Shown: positions 1-15,420, counted from the first letter of the stretch. The stretch is DNA of 64,000 nt from Eledone cirrhosa (GCA_964016885.1 CAXHJY010001027.1:31118-95117); one strand, 5' to 3'. Notes: a model not told the origin generated them from the sequence alone. Program-made: numbers and translations.

Positions 1-201
1 GTGTGTAGGTGTTTGTGTGTATGTATGTGTGTGTAGGTGTTTGTGTGTATGTATGTGTGTGTAGGTGTTTGTGTGTAGGTGTAGGTATGTAATATATGTA
101 TGTGTGTAACATTCATTTTATATTTATATATATATATATAATGTTACATACCTACATACATGACTATATATATATATGTATATATATATACAATAGACAG
201 G

Positions 202-561
202 CTTTAAGCCTGCGATGGACTGGTGTCCTGTCCTGGGGGAGAAGTCTTGTACTCTCAGTCACTCTACACCATGGAACCAGGATAAGCACCAGCCTGACTA
301 GGTTCTTAGCTTGTGACAGACTTTAGACCTGCAATGGACTGGCATCTTGTCCAGGGGGAAGTCTTACACTCTCGGCCGCTTCGCACCACAAACCTGGATA
401 AGCACCGGTGTGATGAGCCTCCGGGCTTGAGACAAACTTTAACCCTGTGATGGATTGGCCCCTTGTCCAAGAGCGAGTCTTGAACTCTCAGTTACTTCGC
501 ACGACAAAACTAGGATAACCACCCGGCGTGGTGATCCTCCTGGCTTTGACACACTTTAGAC
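202..561 (+). repeat. Three diverged tandem ~117-bp units resembling a SINE/LINE 3' end
   Basis: Units start near 202, 321 and 437 with CTTTA..CCTG(C/T)GATGGA.TGG..GTCC..ACTCTC..GGATAA. Confidence 0.7.
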
Positions 562-1239
562 TTAGTCTTGGAGTTTTGACTGAGAAGGACGGCATTCATT
601 GGTCAAACCATTCCAATATTATGGTAGACTAGAAGACATTTCCCAAGATGGCATTGAGTGGAGATTGAATCTAAAATAAAAATAAAATAAAAACCTTGTG
701 ATTATGAAACCACCCCAACTCCTTTAACTAACCCCACAGACATTCCTATGATAGTTCAATATTTTCCTGTAATGGGAGCGGGAGGGGAAGTTGTCCCCCC
801 GCCCCTCTCTCTACTTTAACCATCTAAAACCCAGTAGATCACAAAGCTACCAAACAATTGAAATAAATAATGTGTTTGTTCTCGAAATTAATTTACACGT
901 TCTTTCAAAATTTATTCTAATTTGATTGATTATAACATTTCACTAAAGAAAACCAAAAAAAAAAATCATTTTTTTATTATTTTAATTTTTTATTATTTAT
1001 CTTATTTTTATTTTATTTATTTTTTTATTTTTTGCTGATTTTTGTTGTATTTTTCGTTTTGAATTGTTTTCGGGGTTTTTTTTATTACCCCCTCCCCCTC
1101 TCTCCTCTCATTGTCTTCTTTTAACTGATTGTTAGCTTTCTTATGTAAGGGGAAGGTGGGTGGTATGGCTGGGTGGAAGGGGTGGATGATAGGTGGTGGT
1201 GGTAGAGAGACAGAGAGAGAGAGGAACAGATATATAGAG

Positions 1240-1540
1240 AGAGGGGACAGTGACAAAGATAGGGACAGGGATAGAGAGAGAGAGGGGGCAGTGACAAAGA
1301 TAGGGACAGGGATAGAGAGAGAAAGGGGACAGTGACAAAGAGCTACAGGGATAGAGAGAGAAAGCGGACAGGGATAGAGAGAGAGAGGGGACAGTGACAA
1401 AGAGAGGGACAGGGATAGAGAGAGAGAGGGGACAGTGACAAAGAGAGGGACAGGGATAGAGAGAGGGGGGGGGGCAGTGACAAAGAGAGGGACAGGGATA
1501 GAGAGAGAGAGAGGGCAGTGACAAAGATAGGGACAGGAAG
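1240..1540. repeat. ~45-bp purine-rich minisatellite
   Basis: GGGACAGTGACAAAGATAGGGACAGGGATA(GA)n units. Confidence 0.9.
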
Positions 1541-2238
1541 AGAGAGAGAGAGAGAGAGAAGGATAGAAATAAAATAAAATATTAATATCATTATGAAAGA
1601 AAACATTATTATTATTATAGTTATTACATTTTTGTTATCTTTGTTTATTTATTATTATTATTGTTGTTGTTACTATTGTTGTTGTTGTTGTTACAAAAGA
1701 AATATTCTACTGGCAAACAAATCAATTTATTGTATATTGTATATATTTGATAGATCTTAATATCTCTCTCTCTCTCTGTGTGTGTATATATGTGTATATA
1801 TATATGTGTATATATATATAAGTGTGTGTCTCTCTCTCTGTCAGTATGTGTATATATATATGTGTATATATATGTGTGTATGTGTGTATATATATATGTG
1901 TGTGTGTGTCTCTCTCTCAGTCAGTATGTATGTATGTATCTCTCTTTCAATCAATATGTATGTATGTGTGTGTGTGTGCCTCTCTCTCTCGGTCAGAATG
2001 TATGTATGTGCCTCTCCCTCAGTCCGGCAGTGGTGGCAGTGGTGGTGGTGGGGATGAGGAGAAAGCTGGGGTGGGGTGGCAAGAATATGAAATCGTAACC
2101 ATTTATTTTGTTTTCCAGAAAATAAAAGTCGTTTATCATAGAGGGTATGGCTAACGTTGGTGGTGGTGGTGGTGGTGGTGGTGGTGTTGTTATTGGTGGT
2201 GGTGGTGGTGGTGGTGGTGGTGGTGGTGTTGGTGGTGG

Positions 2239-2269
<31 letters not shown>

Positions 2270-2537
2270 GGTGGGTGTAGCTCCTCCTAGAGCTCAGCTT
2301 TCTCTACTTATGTGTAGCTTCCATATCTATACCCTTGAGAAAGCTTGCTACATACAAGCCGACACTGCTGGGTATCGTGGTCATGATTACACCTTCCTAG
2401 CCAGAAACAGTCCTATATGAGCAAGACACAGTCACGTGACCCAACTTGCCTCAAATGGTGCAACCCGTCTAACCCGGAAAGAGGACATCAAACGATGATG
2501 ATGATATATATATATATATATATATGTTCAAATCTCA

Positions 2538-2596
2538 GCTGTCTGATGAAGTCATAGCTGTTGCATAATAGTTATCACCGAAATATATATAACAGC
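2538..2596 (+). ncRNA. Type I hammerhead ribozyme motif
   Basis: Stem I GCTGT/ACAGC; core CTGATGA (2543); stem II ATAGCTGTT/AATAGTTAT; GAAA (2580); palindromic stem III ATATATAT; AUA cleavage triplet; AATAAA just downstream. Confidence 0.8.
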
Positions 2597-2699
2597 GACT
2601 ATGAATAAATAAAGTTAATTTTAACCTGTTGACTTACACTTCTTGTTTATATCTATATTTGCTTTGCTTTGGCCCCACTCGGTCATCCGAGGCTCAAGC

Positions 2700-2967
2700 C
2701 TGGGCTGTTTGTTTTGTGGAAGACCAGTAGTTGCCCATGCATACCAGTCTCCCCTCTCCACGCCACTGATGCTGTCCAAGGGAAAGACAATGACCAATAC
2801 AGATTGGCACTAGTGACGTCACAACTCATTTCTACAGCTGAGTAAACTGGAGCAACGTGAAATAAAGTCTCTTGCTCAAGGACACAACGCATCACCCTGT
2901 CCGAGAATCGAACTCACAACCTTTCAATTGCAAGCCCAATGTTCTAACTACTAAGCCATGTGCCTTC
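2700..2967 (-). mobile_element. tRNA-derived SINE related to family 1 (same head, different 3' part)
   Basis: Head and first part of body match family 1 (GGCACATGGCTTAGT...GAGTTCGATTCT...TTGAGCAAG). 3'-half fragments of family 1 also occur at ~2395-2503, 3850-4000, 4440-4590 and 24126-24390. Confidence 0.75.
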
Positions 2968-3136
2968 ACTATATATATATATATAATATATAAGGGAACA
3001 AAGAATCGGTGTTACATCATATTTAATTACATATTACATATGTTTCACTGCCGATCAGCTCAAGGAACGATCGAGTAATGTTTGATCCTGACTCTGAAAT
3101 TGGAAGCTCTTTAGATATGTGTTCACCTCTGATACC

Positions 3137-3205
<69 letters not shown>

Positions 3206-4230
3206 CCTAATGAATTCTCAAGTGTTGGGTTTTGCTATTTATGTATGTGAACTTAAGCTGTGTTGTGATAAGTTCAGGGGTGTATAGAAAACTTTCATGT
3301 CATCGATACACGGAGAATTTATTAACTGGGAATCCACCTGTCAATGTTTGAGAAACTGATGGAGAAATAGATGAAATTTAAATCTACTAGATCAAATATG
3401 AGCAAAGTTGCATAACAAAGTTATCACACAGCATTCACAACACTAGCGCCATCTATCTATCTATCTACCTTTTCGCTATTGAGAATATGTATTATAGTAA
3501 TCATAGAAAAGCAGCGACTGGAATAATCATTATGTATATCTACTATCAGATTTATCAAATATTTCTTCGTATGGAACTACCGCTGTTGTCTAGGGATCCG
3601 TAATCTTGTGCTATTAACTGTTCAAAAGAAAATAATTTACTGAAGTCAACCTTGGTAAGCAGTCGCTGAAACTTCAAAGACTTCTGTGATTCTTTGAAGC
3701 TTTTTTTTTCTTCATCCATCTTCTATCAGCATCATCTTATCATCCTTGATTGGGACAATTCCGATCGTTTATCTTCTTTTCTTCTGCAACATGTTGAAAT
3801 TACACACAAACATATATATATATATATATATGTATGTATATGTGTATATATCGTCATCGTTTAACGTCCACTTTCCACGTTAGCATGGGTTAGATTCGTT
3901 GTCCCATTTGAGGCAAGTTGGGTCATGTGACCGAATCCTGCTCTTACAGAACTGTTTCTGGCTAGATTTCTACAGCTGGATGCCCTTCCTAATGCCAACT
4001 GTATATATATATATATATACATGTCTAGGGTGAGTAAAATTCCCGAGATCCATGGACGAGTTCTCTCCAGTGGTCTCTGTCCCTCATTATCGCTGCCATT
4101 TCCTGCGTCTCCAAGAGACCAGTGTCTGTCCTTAGGGCATCAACATATGTTAACCACAGTTGTATGCATTCGGATTTGTCAAAACGGCCGGAGCCCAGCC
4201 GTCGGGGTCCTGACTCTTTGCCTATATATA

Positions 4231-4301
<71 letters not shown>

Positions 4302-4752
4302 ATATATATGTGTGTGTGTGTGTGTGTGTAACAAAGACAACCAATTGTCTTAACTTTAACAAGTCTGTATCCATCCAAAACTATCCACGAACTCAAGCAG
4401 TCATAACCCTTGATCCTAGATTCAGCTTCATTTACAAGACACTGTAAACATGGTTGGTGTTAGGGAGGGCATCCAGCTGTAAAGAAGACCCAGCCAATAT
4501 ACAGTTCCGTTTGAGCAAGGTACAGCTCAGCCACCTTGCCAACCGAGTTTGTCTTATAACATAATGACCCGTCAAACTCATGCAAGCAGGGCCGGATTTA
4601 ATGGTGGGTTATCGTCGCAGGTCCCCTGCAGTGGGGTCTCCACCAGTGACGGCCACACCAATTTATTTGTGCCCTCAGCTGGGCTTTTTTACTTTTAGGA
4701 TGGTTAGAATTTTTGAATTTAATACCTGTATGTGTAACTTTATAGAATTTAA

Positions 4753-4927
4753 TGGGTGTATTTTATCATGACACCAGCACTACCTTTTACAGAGTGTACT
4801 GGGTGTATTTTATCATGACACCAGCACTACAACTTTACAGAGTGTACTGAGTGTATTATATCATGGCACCAGCACTACAACTTTACAGGGTGTACTGGGT
4901 GTATTTTATCATGACACCAGCACTACT
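4753..4927. repeat. 48-bp tandem repeat (~3.5 copies) followed by a (CTT/CTTTTT)n tract to ~5305
   Basis: Unit GGGTGTATTTTATCATGACACCAGCACTACAACTTTACAGAGTGTACT. Confidence 0.9.
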
Positions 4928-5394
4928 TCTTCTTTTCTTCTTCTTTTCTTCTTCTTTTTCTTCTTTTCTTCTTCTTTTTCTTCTTTTTCTTCTTTTTCTT
5001 CTTCTTCTTCTTCTTTTTCTTCGTCTTTTTCTTCTTTTTCTTCTTCTTTTTCTTCTTTTTCTTCTTTTTCTTCTTCTTTTTCTTCTTTTTCTTCCTTTTC
5101 TTCTTTTTCTTCTTCTTTTTCTTCTTTTTCTTCTTTTTCTTTTTCTTTTTCTTCTTTTTCTTTTTCTTTTTCTTCTTTTTCTTCCTTTTCTTCTTTTTCT
5201 TCTTCTTTTTCTTCTTTTTCTTCTTCTTTTTCTTCTTTTTCTTCCTTTTCTTCTTTTTCTTCTTCTTTTTCTTCTTTTTCTTCTTTTTCTTTTTCTTTTT
5301 CTTCTCCTTTATTAAGGAACAGCCAGCATAAATTTCTGTGGAACTGTAGGAGGTGTTGGTCACGGTTGGAATGTGAGTGTGCGTGTCGGTGTTG

Positions 5395-5426
<32 letters not shown>

Positions 5427-5504
5427 CAGTGTGTATATTGGTGGGTGTGTAACAGTGTGTATATGTGGGAGTGTATATTGGTGAGTGAGTGTCAATGTGT
5501 GAGT

Positions 5505-6250
5505 CGGTGTATCAGTGTATGTGTGTATGTGTATGTATGTATGTATATCAGTGTATGTATGTGTATCAGTGTATCAGTGTATGTGTGTATCTGTATGTAT
5601 GTATATCAGTGTATGTATGTGTATGTGTATCAGTGTATGTATGTGTATCAGTGTATGTGTGTATGTGTATGTATGTATGTATATCAGTGTATGTATGTGT
5701 ATCAGTGTATCAGTGTATGTGTGTATCTGTATGTATGTATATCAGTGTATGTATGTGTATCAGTGTATGTATGTGTATCAGTGTATGTGTGTATGTGTAT
5801 GTATGTATGTATATCAGTGTATGTATGTGTATCAGTGTATCAGTGTATGTGTGTATCTGTATGTATGTATATCAGTGTATGTATGTGTATGTGTATCAGT
5901 GTATGTATGTGTATCAGTGTATGTGTGTATGTGTATGTATGTATGTATATCAGTGTATGTATGTGTATCAGTGTATGTGTGTATCTGTATGTATGTATAT
6001 CAGTGTATGTATGTGTATGTGTATCAGTGTATGTATGTGTATCAGTGTATGTATGTGTATCAGTGTATGTGTGTATGTGTATGTATGTATGTATATCAGT
6101 GTATGTATGTGTATCAGTGTATCAGTGTATGTGTGTATCTGTATGTATGTGTATCAGTGTATGTGTATGTATGTGTATCAGTGTATGTGTGTATCTGTAT
6201 GTATATCAGTATATGTGTATGTGTATCAGTGTGTGTATATGTACATGTAT
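5505..6250. repeat. Compound TGTA/TGTATCAG satellite
   Basis: Direct inspection. Confidence 0.9.
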
Positions 6251-6886
6251 GTGTGTATGTTATAGAAGTCTCTCAAGTGTCATGTCATGCTGGAATATAA
6301 AACATGTCCCCACATCCAATATAGATGGGAATTAAACCATTTCCTTAACTAAAGAAAGAAGACAACCTTTTCAAGAATTCCAAGTTTTTTAATTTTAATT
6401 TTATTTTTATTTATTTTATTTATTTATATTTTGTTTTGTTGTTGTTTTTTTAATTTTTTTTAATTTTTTACATTACTACAAGCAAGCAAATGTTGAGGTC
6501 TGCTACCCACCTACTTACCCACCTTTCCATCAACCTATCTATCTGCCTGCCCACCAATCTACCTACCTACCCGCCTACCTATCTATCTACCCATCTCTCT
6601 ACCCACCAATCTACCTACCTCTACCTACCTACCTACCCACCTACCTATCTCTCTACCCACCAATCTACCTACCTCTACCCACCTACCTATCTATCTACCC
6701 ACCTATCTCTCTACCCACCCATCTACCTACCTCTACCTACCTACCTACCTACCCACCTACCTATCTCTCTATCTACCTCTACCTACCTACCTACCCACCT
6801 TCCTACCTACTACCCACCCAAGCCTGACTTAGTCACCCTCATGATATTTTGATAGTCAAAATCTTCAATATGACCTTTTCGATATG

Positions 6887-6918
<32 letters not shown>

Positions 6919-6929
6919 TACACACACAT

Positions 6930-6985
<56 letters not shown>

Positions 6986-7739
6986 GTATATATGTGTTGC
7001 ACATGTATATAAAAGAACTAAAGAATATATGATCATCATCATCGTTTAACATCTATCTACCACCTAGCATGGCTGTTTCTATGTATGTGTGTGTGTATAT
7101 ATATATTTGATGATGATGATGTATATGTAGATGTGAGGGTGTGTGTGTGTGTGTATATATATATTTGATGATGATGATGTATATGTAGATGTGAGGGTGT
7201 CTGTGTGTGTGTGCGTGTGTGTGTGTATATATATATATTTGATGATGATGATGTATATGTAGATGTGAGGGTGTCTGTGTGTGTGTGCGTGTGTGTGTGT
7301 GTATATATATATTTGATGATGATGATGTATATGTAGATGTGTGAGCGTCTGTGTGGGCATGTGTATATATATATATATATATATATATTTGCTGATGTAT
7401 ATTTAGATGTGTGGGCATGTGTATATATATATATCTATATATGGGGGGGGTACTAAACATAATTCAATGATATATTGACAAATAGTTGACAATGGGTAGT
7501 GGAGAGGTGGGTAGTGGGTTGGAGGGAGGGGGTGACTGGGGAGAGAGGGGTAGTTGGAGGGGGTGGACGAGGAGGAGGGAGGGGTGACTGGCGAGAGAGA
7601 GTGTTGGAATAATAAAATCAATAGGTGGTAAAAATCAATAGCTAACATTGATAGATCAATATAACTATCTTCTCATTGTAGAGTTCCGTCATATGTATTT
7701 AGTAACTGGATGATTGAATTACTTTCTTTGCACATATAC

Positions 7740-9490
7740 ACCACCACCACCACCATCAACACCAACACTGCCTCCACCACCACCATACCACCACCACCAT
7801 CAACACCATACCACCACCACCATCAACACCATACCACCACCATCAACACCAACACTGCCTCCACCACCACCATACCACCACCACCATCAACACCATACCA
7901 CCACCACCATCAACACCATACCACCACCACCATCAACACCATACCACCACCATCAACACCAACACTGCCTCCACCACCACCATACCACCAGCACCATCAA
8001 CACCATACCACCACCATCAACACCAACACTGCGACCATCAACACCATACCACCAGCACCATCAACACCATACCACCAGCACCATCAACACCATACCACCA
8101 CCATCAACACCATACCACCACCATCAACACCATACCACCACCATCAACACCATACCACCACCATCAACACCATACCACCACCATCAACACCAACACTGCC
8201 ACCTCCACCATCAACACCATACCACCACCATCAACACCATACCACCACCATCAACACCAACACTGCCTCCACCACCACCATACCACCACCACCATCAACA
8301 CCATACCACCACCATCAACACCAACACTGCCACCTCCACCATCAACACCATACCACCACCATCAACACCAACACTGCCACCTCCACCATCAACACCATAC
8401 CACCACCATCAACACCAACACTGCCACCTCCACCATCAACACCATACCACCACCATCAACACCATACCACCACCATCAACACCAACACTGCCTCCACCAC
8501 CACCATACCACCACCACCATCAACACCATACCACCACCATCAACACCAACACTGCCACCTCCACCATCAACACCATACCACCACCATCAACACCAACACT
8601 GCCACCTCCACCATCAACACCATACCACCACCATCAACACCAACACTGCCACCTCCACCATCAACACCAACACTGCCACCTCCACCATCAACACCATACC
8701 ACCACCACCATCAACACCATACCACCACCATCAACACCAACACTGCCACCTCCACCATCAACACCATACCACCACCATCAACACCAACACTGCCACCTCC
8801 ACCATCAACACCATACCACCACCATCAACACCAACACTGCCACCTCCACCATCAACACCATACCACCACCATCAACACCATACCACCACCATCAACACCA
8901 ACACTGCCTCCACCACCACCATACCACCACCACCATCAACACCATACCACCACCATCAACACCAACACTGCCACCTCCACCATCAACACCATACCACCAC
9001 CATCAACACCAACACTGCCACCTCCACCATCAACACCATACCACCACCATCAACACCAACACTGCCACCTCCACCATCAACACCAACACTGCCACCTCCA
9101 CCATCAACACCATACCACCACCATCAACACCATACCACCACCATCAACACCAACACTGCCACCTCCACCATCAGCACCATACCACCACCATCAACACCAT
9201 ACCACCACCATCAACACCAACACTGCCACCTCCACCATCAACACCATACCACCACCATCAACACCATACCACCACCATCAACACCAACACTGCCACCTCC
9301 ACCATCAGCACCATACCACCACCATCAACACCATACCAATACCATCAACACCAACACTGCCGCCACCACCACCACCATCAATACCATACCATCACCATCA
9401 ACACCAACACTGCTACCATCACCATCAACACCATACCACACCACCACCACACCACCACCCCACCATACCACCACCACACCACCATACCAC
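7740..9490. repeat. CAC-based compound minisatellite
   Basis: Modules CACCATCAACACCATAC and CATCAACACCAACACTGCCACCTC. Confidence 0.9.
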
Positions 9491-9882
9491 CAGACTTGAC
9501 ACACTAACAATGTTTCTTGTTAATTGAATTTATTAATTAACCAGATGAATATTTTTACTACTAATCTGCTTCAACTGGTGAGGGAGAGATTTCACTAAGA
9601 GACTAACAGCTTCACTACTGACCTGGTTAATACTCTACACTCTACATCTGGTGGACCCCTTAGCTGGTCATCTGTTAGCTTATATGTATGTGTATATATA
9701 TGTATATGTATGTATGTGTGTGTATGTATATGTATGTGTGTGTGTATATATATGTGTGTGTATGTATATGTATGTGTATATATATGTATGTATGTGTATG
9801 TGTGTGTATGTATATATATATATGTGTGTGTATGTATATATATATGTGTGTGTGTATGTATATGTGTGTGTATGTGTGTATG

Positions 9883-9913
<31 letters not shown>

Positions 9914-9984
9914 ATGTATATATATATGTGTGTGTGTATGTATATATATATATGTGTGTGTGTATGTATATGTGTGTGTGTATG

Positions 9985-10017
<33 letters not shown>

Positions 10018-10034
10018 ATGTATGTATGTATGTG

Positions 10035-10075
<41 letters not shown>

Positions 10076-10446
10076 ATGTATATATATGTGTGTGTGTGTG
10101 TGTATGTATATATATATATGTGTGTGTGTGTATATGTGTGTGTGTATGTATATGTATGTGTATATATGTGTGTATATGTGTATGTATGTGTATATATATA
10201 TATATATATATGTATGTGTATGTATATATATGTGTGTGTGTGTGTATGTATATATATGTGTGTGTGTGTATGTATATATGTGTGTGTGTGTATGTATATA
10301 TGTATGTGTGTATGTATATATATATGTGTTAGCTTATATGTATATATATGAATGTATATCTATATATATATATGTGTATGTATGTTATATATGTGTGTGT
10401 TAGCTCTTATGTATATATGTGTGTTAGCTTATATGTATATACATAC

Positions 10447-10544
10447 AGGGTGTCCCCAAAAAATGTTTACGCACTTCAACAGCATTCTAACAAATATTGC
10501 CTGTACAGGTAATCAAATTGTGTATACATTTTTTGGAACACACC
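10447..10544. mobile_element. Tc1/mariner-type MITE (half copy at ~21221-21285)
   Basis: TA-CAGGGTGTCCCCAAAAAATGTTTAC...GTATACATTTTTTGGAACACACC imperfect TIRs in a TA context. Confidence 0.7.
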
Positions 10545-10801
10545 ATATATATATATACACACGTATATATGTGTGTATGTATATATCTATATATATCTAT
10601 ATATATATATATATATACACCCACACATATATTACACACTGTTTAATATTTCATTCAGCCATACTTTTTATATTTGCATAGTTTTCATCAGTTTTCTTTC
10701 ATCTTAATTTCCGTTCCTAGTTGGACGGTATAGATATAGATATATAGATATAATATATAGACATATATATATAGATATATATAGACATATATATAGTTAT
10801 G

Positions 10802-11375
10802 TCATCATCATCATCGTTTTTACATTTGTTTTTCCACGCTTGCATGGGTTGGACGGGTCCTTCTCAGCACAACATCTTTTTCCACTTGTCGAGTTCCTTC
10901 GTCATCTCCTCTGGGAATCTCAGTGATTTGAGGTCAGTTCTCACAACCTCTGCCAAGGTCTTTCTTGGTCTATCTCAACTGTGGCTTCCTTCCACTGGCA
11001 TTTCCTGGCACTTCTTGACCAATCGATCATTGTCCAAGCACATCACATGTCCATACCAACGCAGTATTCTCTCCTACACACCACCTTGGATTCCTCTTAA
11101 CCCTTTACTATTTACATTACTCTATATATACTATTGTATTTTCATGGTAAAGGCTTTATCTTACATAATTATCTCACATGATATTGAATCTATGAGATTT
11201 TGATATTATTTATGTTAAGAACAATACCTTAATATCAGTATGAGTGGTTAGTTACAGCCGGTTTGAACAGAAAGAGGTGAGTTAATTCTGGCTGGATACA
11301 GCCCGTTTAAATGCTAAAGGGTTAAACCCAGTTTCTTCTTCAGTTCGTCCAAGCTCTGCCTTTCACTCACACTTA
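10802..11375 (-). mobile_element. Older RTE-type LINE 3' fragment interrupted by a piggyBac-type MITE
   Basis: Removing 11101-11325 rejoins ..DELKKKLGLRGIQGGV*ERILRWYGHVM..; the 3' part is homologous to 22754-22972. Confidence 0.75.
11101..11321. mobile_element. piggyBac-type MITE
   Basis: TTAA on both sides; ~14-bp TIRs CCCTTTA(C/G)TATTTA / TAAATGCTAAAGGG. Confidence 0.85.
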
Positions 11376-14195
11376 CTTTGCTTTTCATCGTTACAGGGTC
11401 AATAAAATAAAGTACCAGTAATGTACTGGGGTTGATTTAATCAACATTCGCCACCCCTTCAAATTGCTGGCTTTGTGCCTAAATCAGAAACCATTATTAG
11501 TGTAAACATGGGGCTTTCTGTATTGCATGACCTATTGAAATAAAATATATATCATGTTGAAATACATGTTTGTCTGGCTGGAAAAGTTGGACTTCTGCTA
11601 TGATGATGATGATGATGATGATGATAGTGGTGGTGCTTGTGATGGTGGTAGTTGTGGTTGTGATGGTGGTGTTGGTGATGGTGATGGTGCTTGTGATTGT
11701 GGTTGTGAAGGTGGTGGTGGTGCTTGTGATGGTGGTGGTGGTGATGATGGTGATGGTGATGAAGGTGGTGGTGGTGGTGGTGGTGGTGATGAAAAAAGAC
11801 TGCGTGAGCTCTTCTTAATGGAGATCACATAAAGTCATGTTCTACAAACACGACAGACAGGACTCATGGGAAGAGTTCACAATTTGTAATCCATATGAAC
11901 ACTTTAATCTCTCTCTCTCTCTCTCCCTCTCTCTCTCTCATATGCACACACACACACATACACACACTTATACCAACTTATACCCACACACTCACACACA
12001 CATACACACACTTATACCAACTTATACCCACACACTCACACACACATACACACACGTATACCAACTTATACCCACACACTCACACACACATACACACACT
12101 TATACCAACTTATACCCACACACTCACACACACACATACACACACTTATACCAACTTATAGCCACACACTCACACACACACATACACACACTTATACCAA
12201 CTTATACCCACACACATATACACACACTTATACCAACTCATACACACACCTACACAGCTTATTGAAATCCATTCTCATTGCACTTTATGCACATCAAAGT
12301 CCAGCATGTGTGTGTGTGTGTGTATGTGTGTGAGACAATATATGTTTGTGTACATGTGTGTCTGTGTATGTAATATGAGTGTGTGTGTGTGTGTGAGACA
12401 GCATATGTCTGCGTACATGTGTCTCTGTATGTAATATATAATATGAGTGTGTGTATGTGCATAAATATATATCTATATATATATATATATATGTGTGTGT
12501 GTATGTGAATGTATGAATGTATATGTATGTGTGTCTATATCATAATTTTTTTGGCTTCGTAACTTAAAATGATGATGATGATTGTGATGATATATATATA
12601 TATACATATATACACATATATAAGTATGTGTGTCTGTGTGTGTGTATATATATATATGTGTGTGTGTGTGCTGTATGTGTGTTGGTTTTATTTCCTATGA
12701 TCTCCCTCCCTCTCTCTCTCACCACCTCCCTCCCCCTCTACCCCTCCCCTCCTACCCACCTCACCTCTCTACCCCCCCTTCTCTTTGATCTCTGTCAATT
12801 CATTCATTAAACTCACCCAAACACCACACCACCACTCCACCACTCCACTACTCCACCACACCACCACACCACCACACCACCACACCACTACACTACTATA
12901 CCACCACACCACTACACTACTATACCACCACACCACCACACCACTACACCACTACTCCACCACTCCACCACTCCACCACACCACCACACCACCACACTAC
13001 TACACTACTATACCACCACACCACTACACCACTACTCCACCACTACACCACACCACTACTCCACCACCACACCTCTACTCCACCACACCACTACACCACC
13101 ACACCACTACACCACCACACCACTACACCACCACACCACCACACCACCACACCACTACACCACTACACCACCACTCCACTACTCCACCACACCACTATAC
13201 CACTACACCACTACTCCACCACACCACTACATCACCACTCCACTCCACCACTCCACCACACCACCACTACACTACTACTCCACCACACCACTACACCACT
13301 ACTCCACCACACCACTACTCCACCACACCACTACACCACCACTCCACTCCACTCCACCACAACAATATATTACTCTAGCCAACAAGTGTAGCTCTACCAA
13401 TAACACAGTAATCTCCCATGCCACAGTTTCACAGTCTATCCACCAGGGAACACATCACATGTTTTACTCTTTAATTAAAAGAAGTTTCAAATTCTGTTTA
13501 TTATTATATATACAAGTTTAAAGGTTTTGATGTGCATGTGTATGTGTGTATATATATATTTATATATATAGATAGATAGGTGTGCATGTATATATGTGTG
13601 TGTGTGTGTGTGCATGCATAGTTTTACAAATATATACACACATTTATATAAATAAATGTACATGTATATATATGTATATTCATATATATGTATATACATA
13701 TATATATGTGTGTGTGTTTGATTGCATATATATATATATGTGTGTGTGTTTGATTGCATATATATATATATATACACAAACATTCACACACAGAGATATA
13801 TATGCAAAGACACACATATATATATATAATATATATGATATATATATTATATATATATACATAAGTATATATATATCATCATCAACATTTTATGTTCGTG
13901 GGTTATATATATATACACGCATGTGGATGTATATAATACACTCCATTCACAAAGAAAGAAAGACTCCAGTACTTCCATGTCTTAACCATATCCTTCATTC
14001 TTTTGTCTCCCATCTCCTTCCATCTAGAACATTCCAGACCAAACCATGCAGTTACCCATGTTTCTAGTGTGAAAGAAGTTCGCTAAGGAATTAGATCTTT
14101 GACAAAATAGTAATGCCGCTACTTGACATCTGTTGAAGAAATCAACTTATGAATAATTCATAACTCTTTATAAGAAATTCTTCAAATTTTTACAA

Positions 14196-14257
<62 letters not shown>

Positions 14258-14309
14258 AAAAAGGAAAAAAATATATTTTTCTTCCTAATAATCGTCTCTT
14301 TCCCCCTGT

Positions 14310-14375
<66 letters not shown>

Positions 14376-14675
14376 GTGTGTGTGTGTGTGTGTATATATA
14401 TGTATATATGATTGTCACAATAAGAAGAATTGCAATTACAATAGCCAATAATAATTATAACAGGCAGAAAGAAAGGAAGACAGAAAGACAGAATGGTAAA
14501 AGGTTGTATTGAGGCAACATGTGTGAAATATTGTTGAGAATATTTAACGTTAGAAATAAATTTAATACTTTTTACTTTGGAAAATATATAAACTCTTAGA
14601 TTTCTGTCTGGTTCTGTCCTAGAATCTCATTATTGTCCTTATTGACTTCATTCTTAACATTCTGTAAGGATTTAA

Positions 14676-14904
14676 CCCTTTAGTATTTACATTACTCTAT
14701 ATATACTATTGTATTTTCATGGTAAAGGCTTTACCTCACATAATATCTCACATAATATCTCACATAATATCGAATCTTTGGATTTTGATATTATTTATTT
14801 TAAGAACAATACCTTAACATCAGTATGAGTGGCCAGTTACAGCTAGTTTGAACTAAAAGAGATGACAATTCAAGCCAGATATGGCTGGTTTATATGCTAA
14901 AAGG
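14676..14904. mobile_element. piggyBac-type MITE, second copy
   Basis: TTAA-CCCTTTAG...CTAAAAGG-TTAA; internal sequence homologous to 11101-11321. Confidence 0.85.
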
Positions 14905-15244
14905 TTAATGTGGTGCAGTCAATTTGCTCTTTTGAACTTTTCTGAGAGTACCGTTACTCAAAAGGGGAACCCTATATATATATATATATATATATAGGGT
15001 CAGACAGACTTGGAGTCTGGTCTGGGGTGCCACACTGGTCTGAGGATCAGGCAGACTTGGAGTCTGGTCTGGAATGATCCCAGATCATGAGCCGGCTGCT
15101 TGAGAAACATTTGTAACCGGGTTGAGCAATAAATCTCCTATGTAACACCTCCATTTTGTTCTTATATATATATAATAAAAAATCACCAAGGTTTCATTCT
15201 ACTACAAAGAGTGTAGCATTTAATACCATACCATATATATCTAT

Positions 15245-15420
15245 CTAGGGTGGGTAAAATTGCCGAGATCCATGGACAAGTTCTCTCCAGCGGTCTCTGT
15301 CCCTCATTATTGCTGCCATGTCCTGCATCTTCAAGAGACCAGTGTCCGTCCTTAGGGCATCAACATATGTCAACCTCGGTCTTCCTCTTCCAGTGTGTCC
15401 ATGTAGGGGCTCCCACAGAG
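15245..15420 (-). mobile_element. Second RTE-like LINE family 3' fragment (sister copy at 4025-4155)
   Basis: Encodes LWEPLHGHTGRGRPRLTYVDALRTDTG..MRDRDRWRELV; two similar copies with the same 3' end. Confidence 0.75.

Noticed and set aside
3700-3800. Possible minus-strand terminal exon after TTGCAG
   Set aside because: All frames stop within 17 codons and nothing is recognisable; unsupported without RNA data.
4851-5495. Poly-Lys and poly-Leu/Phe ORFs
   Set aside because: (CTT/CTTTTT)n tract. The same applies to the many YI/CV/HT ORFs derived from TA, TG and CA microsatellites.
7710-9527. ~600 aa His/Pro/Thr-rich ORFs
   Set aside because: Translation of a CAC-based compound repeat, open in multiple frames.
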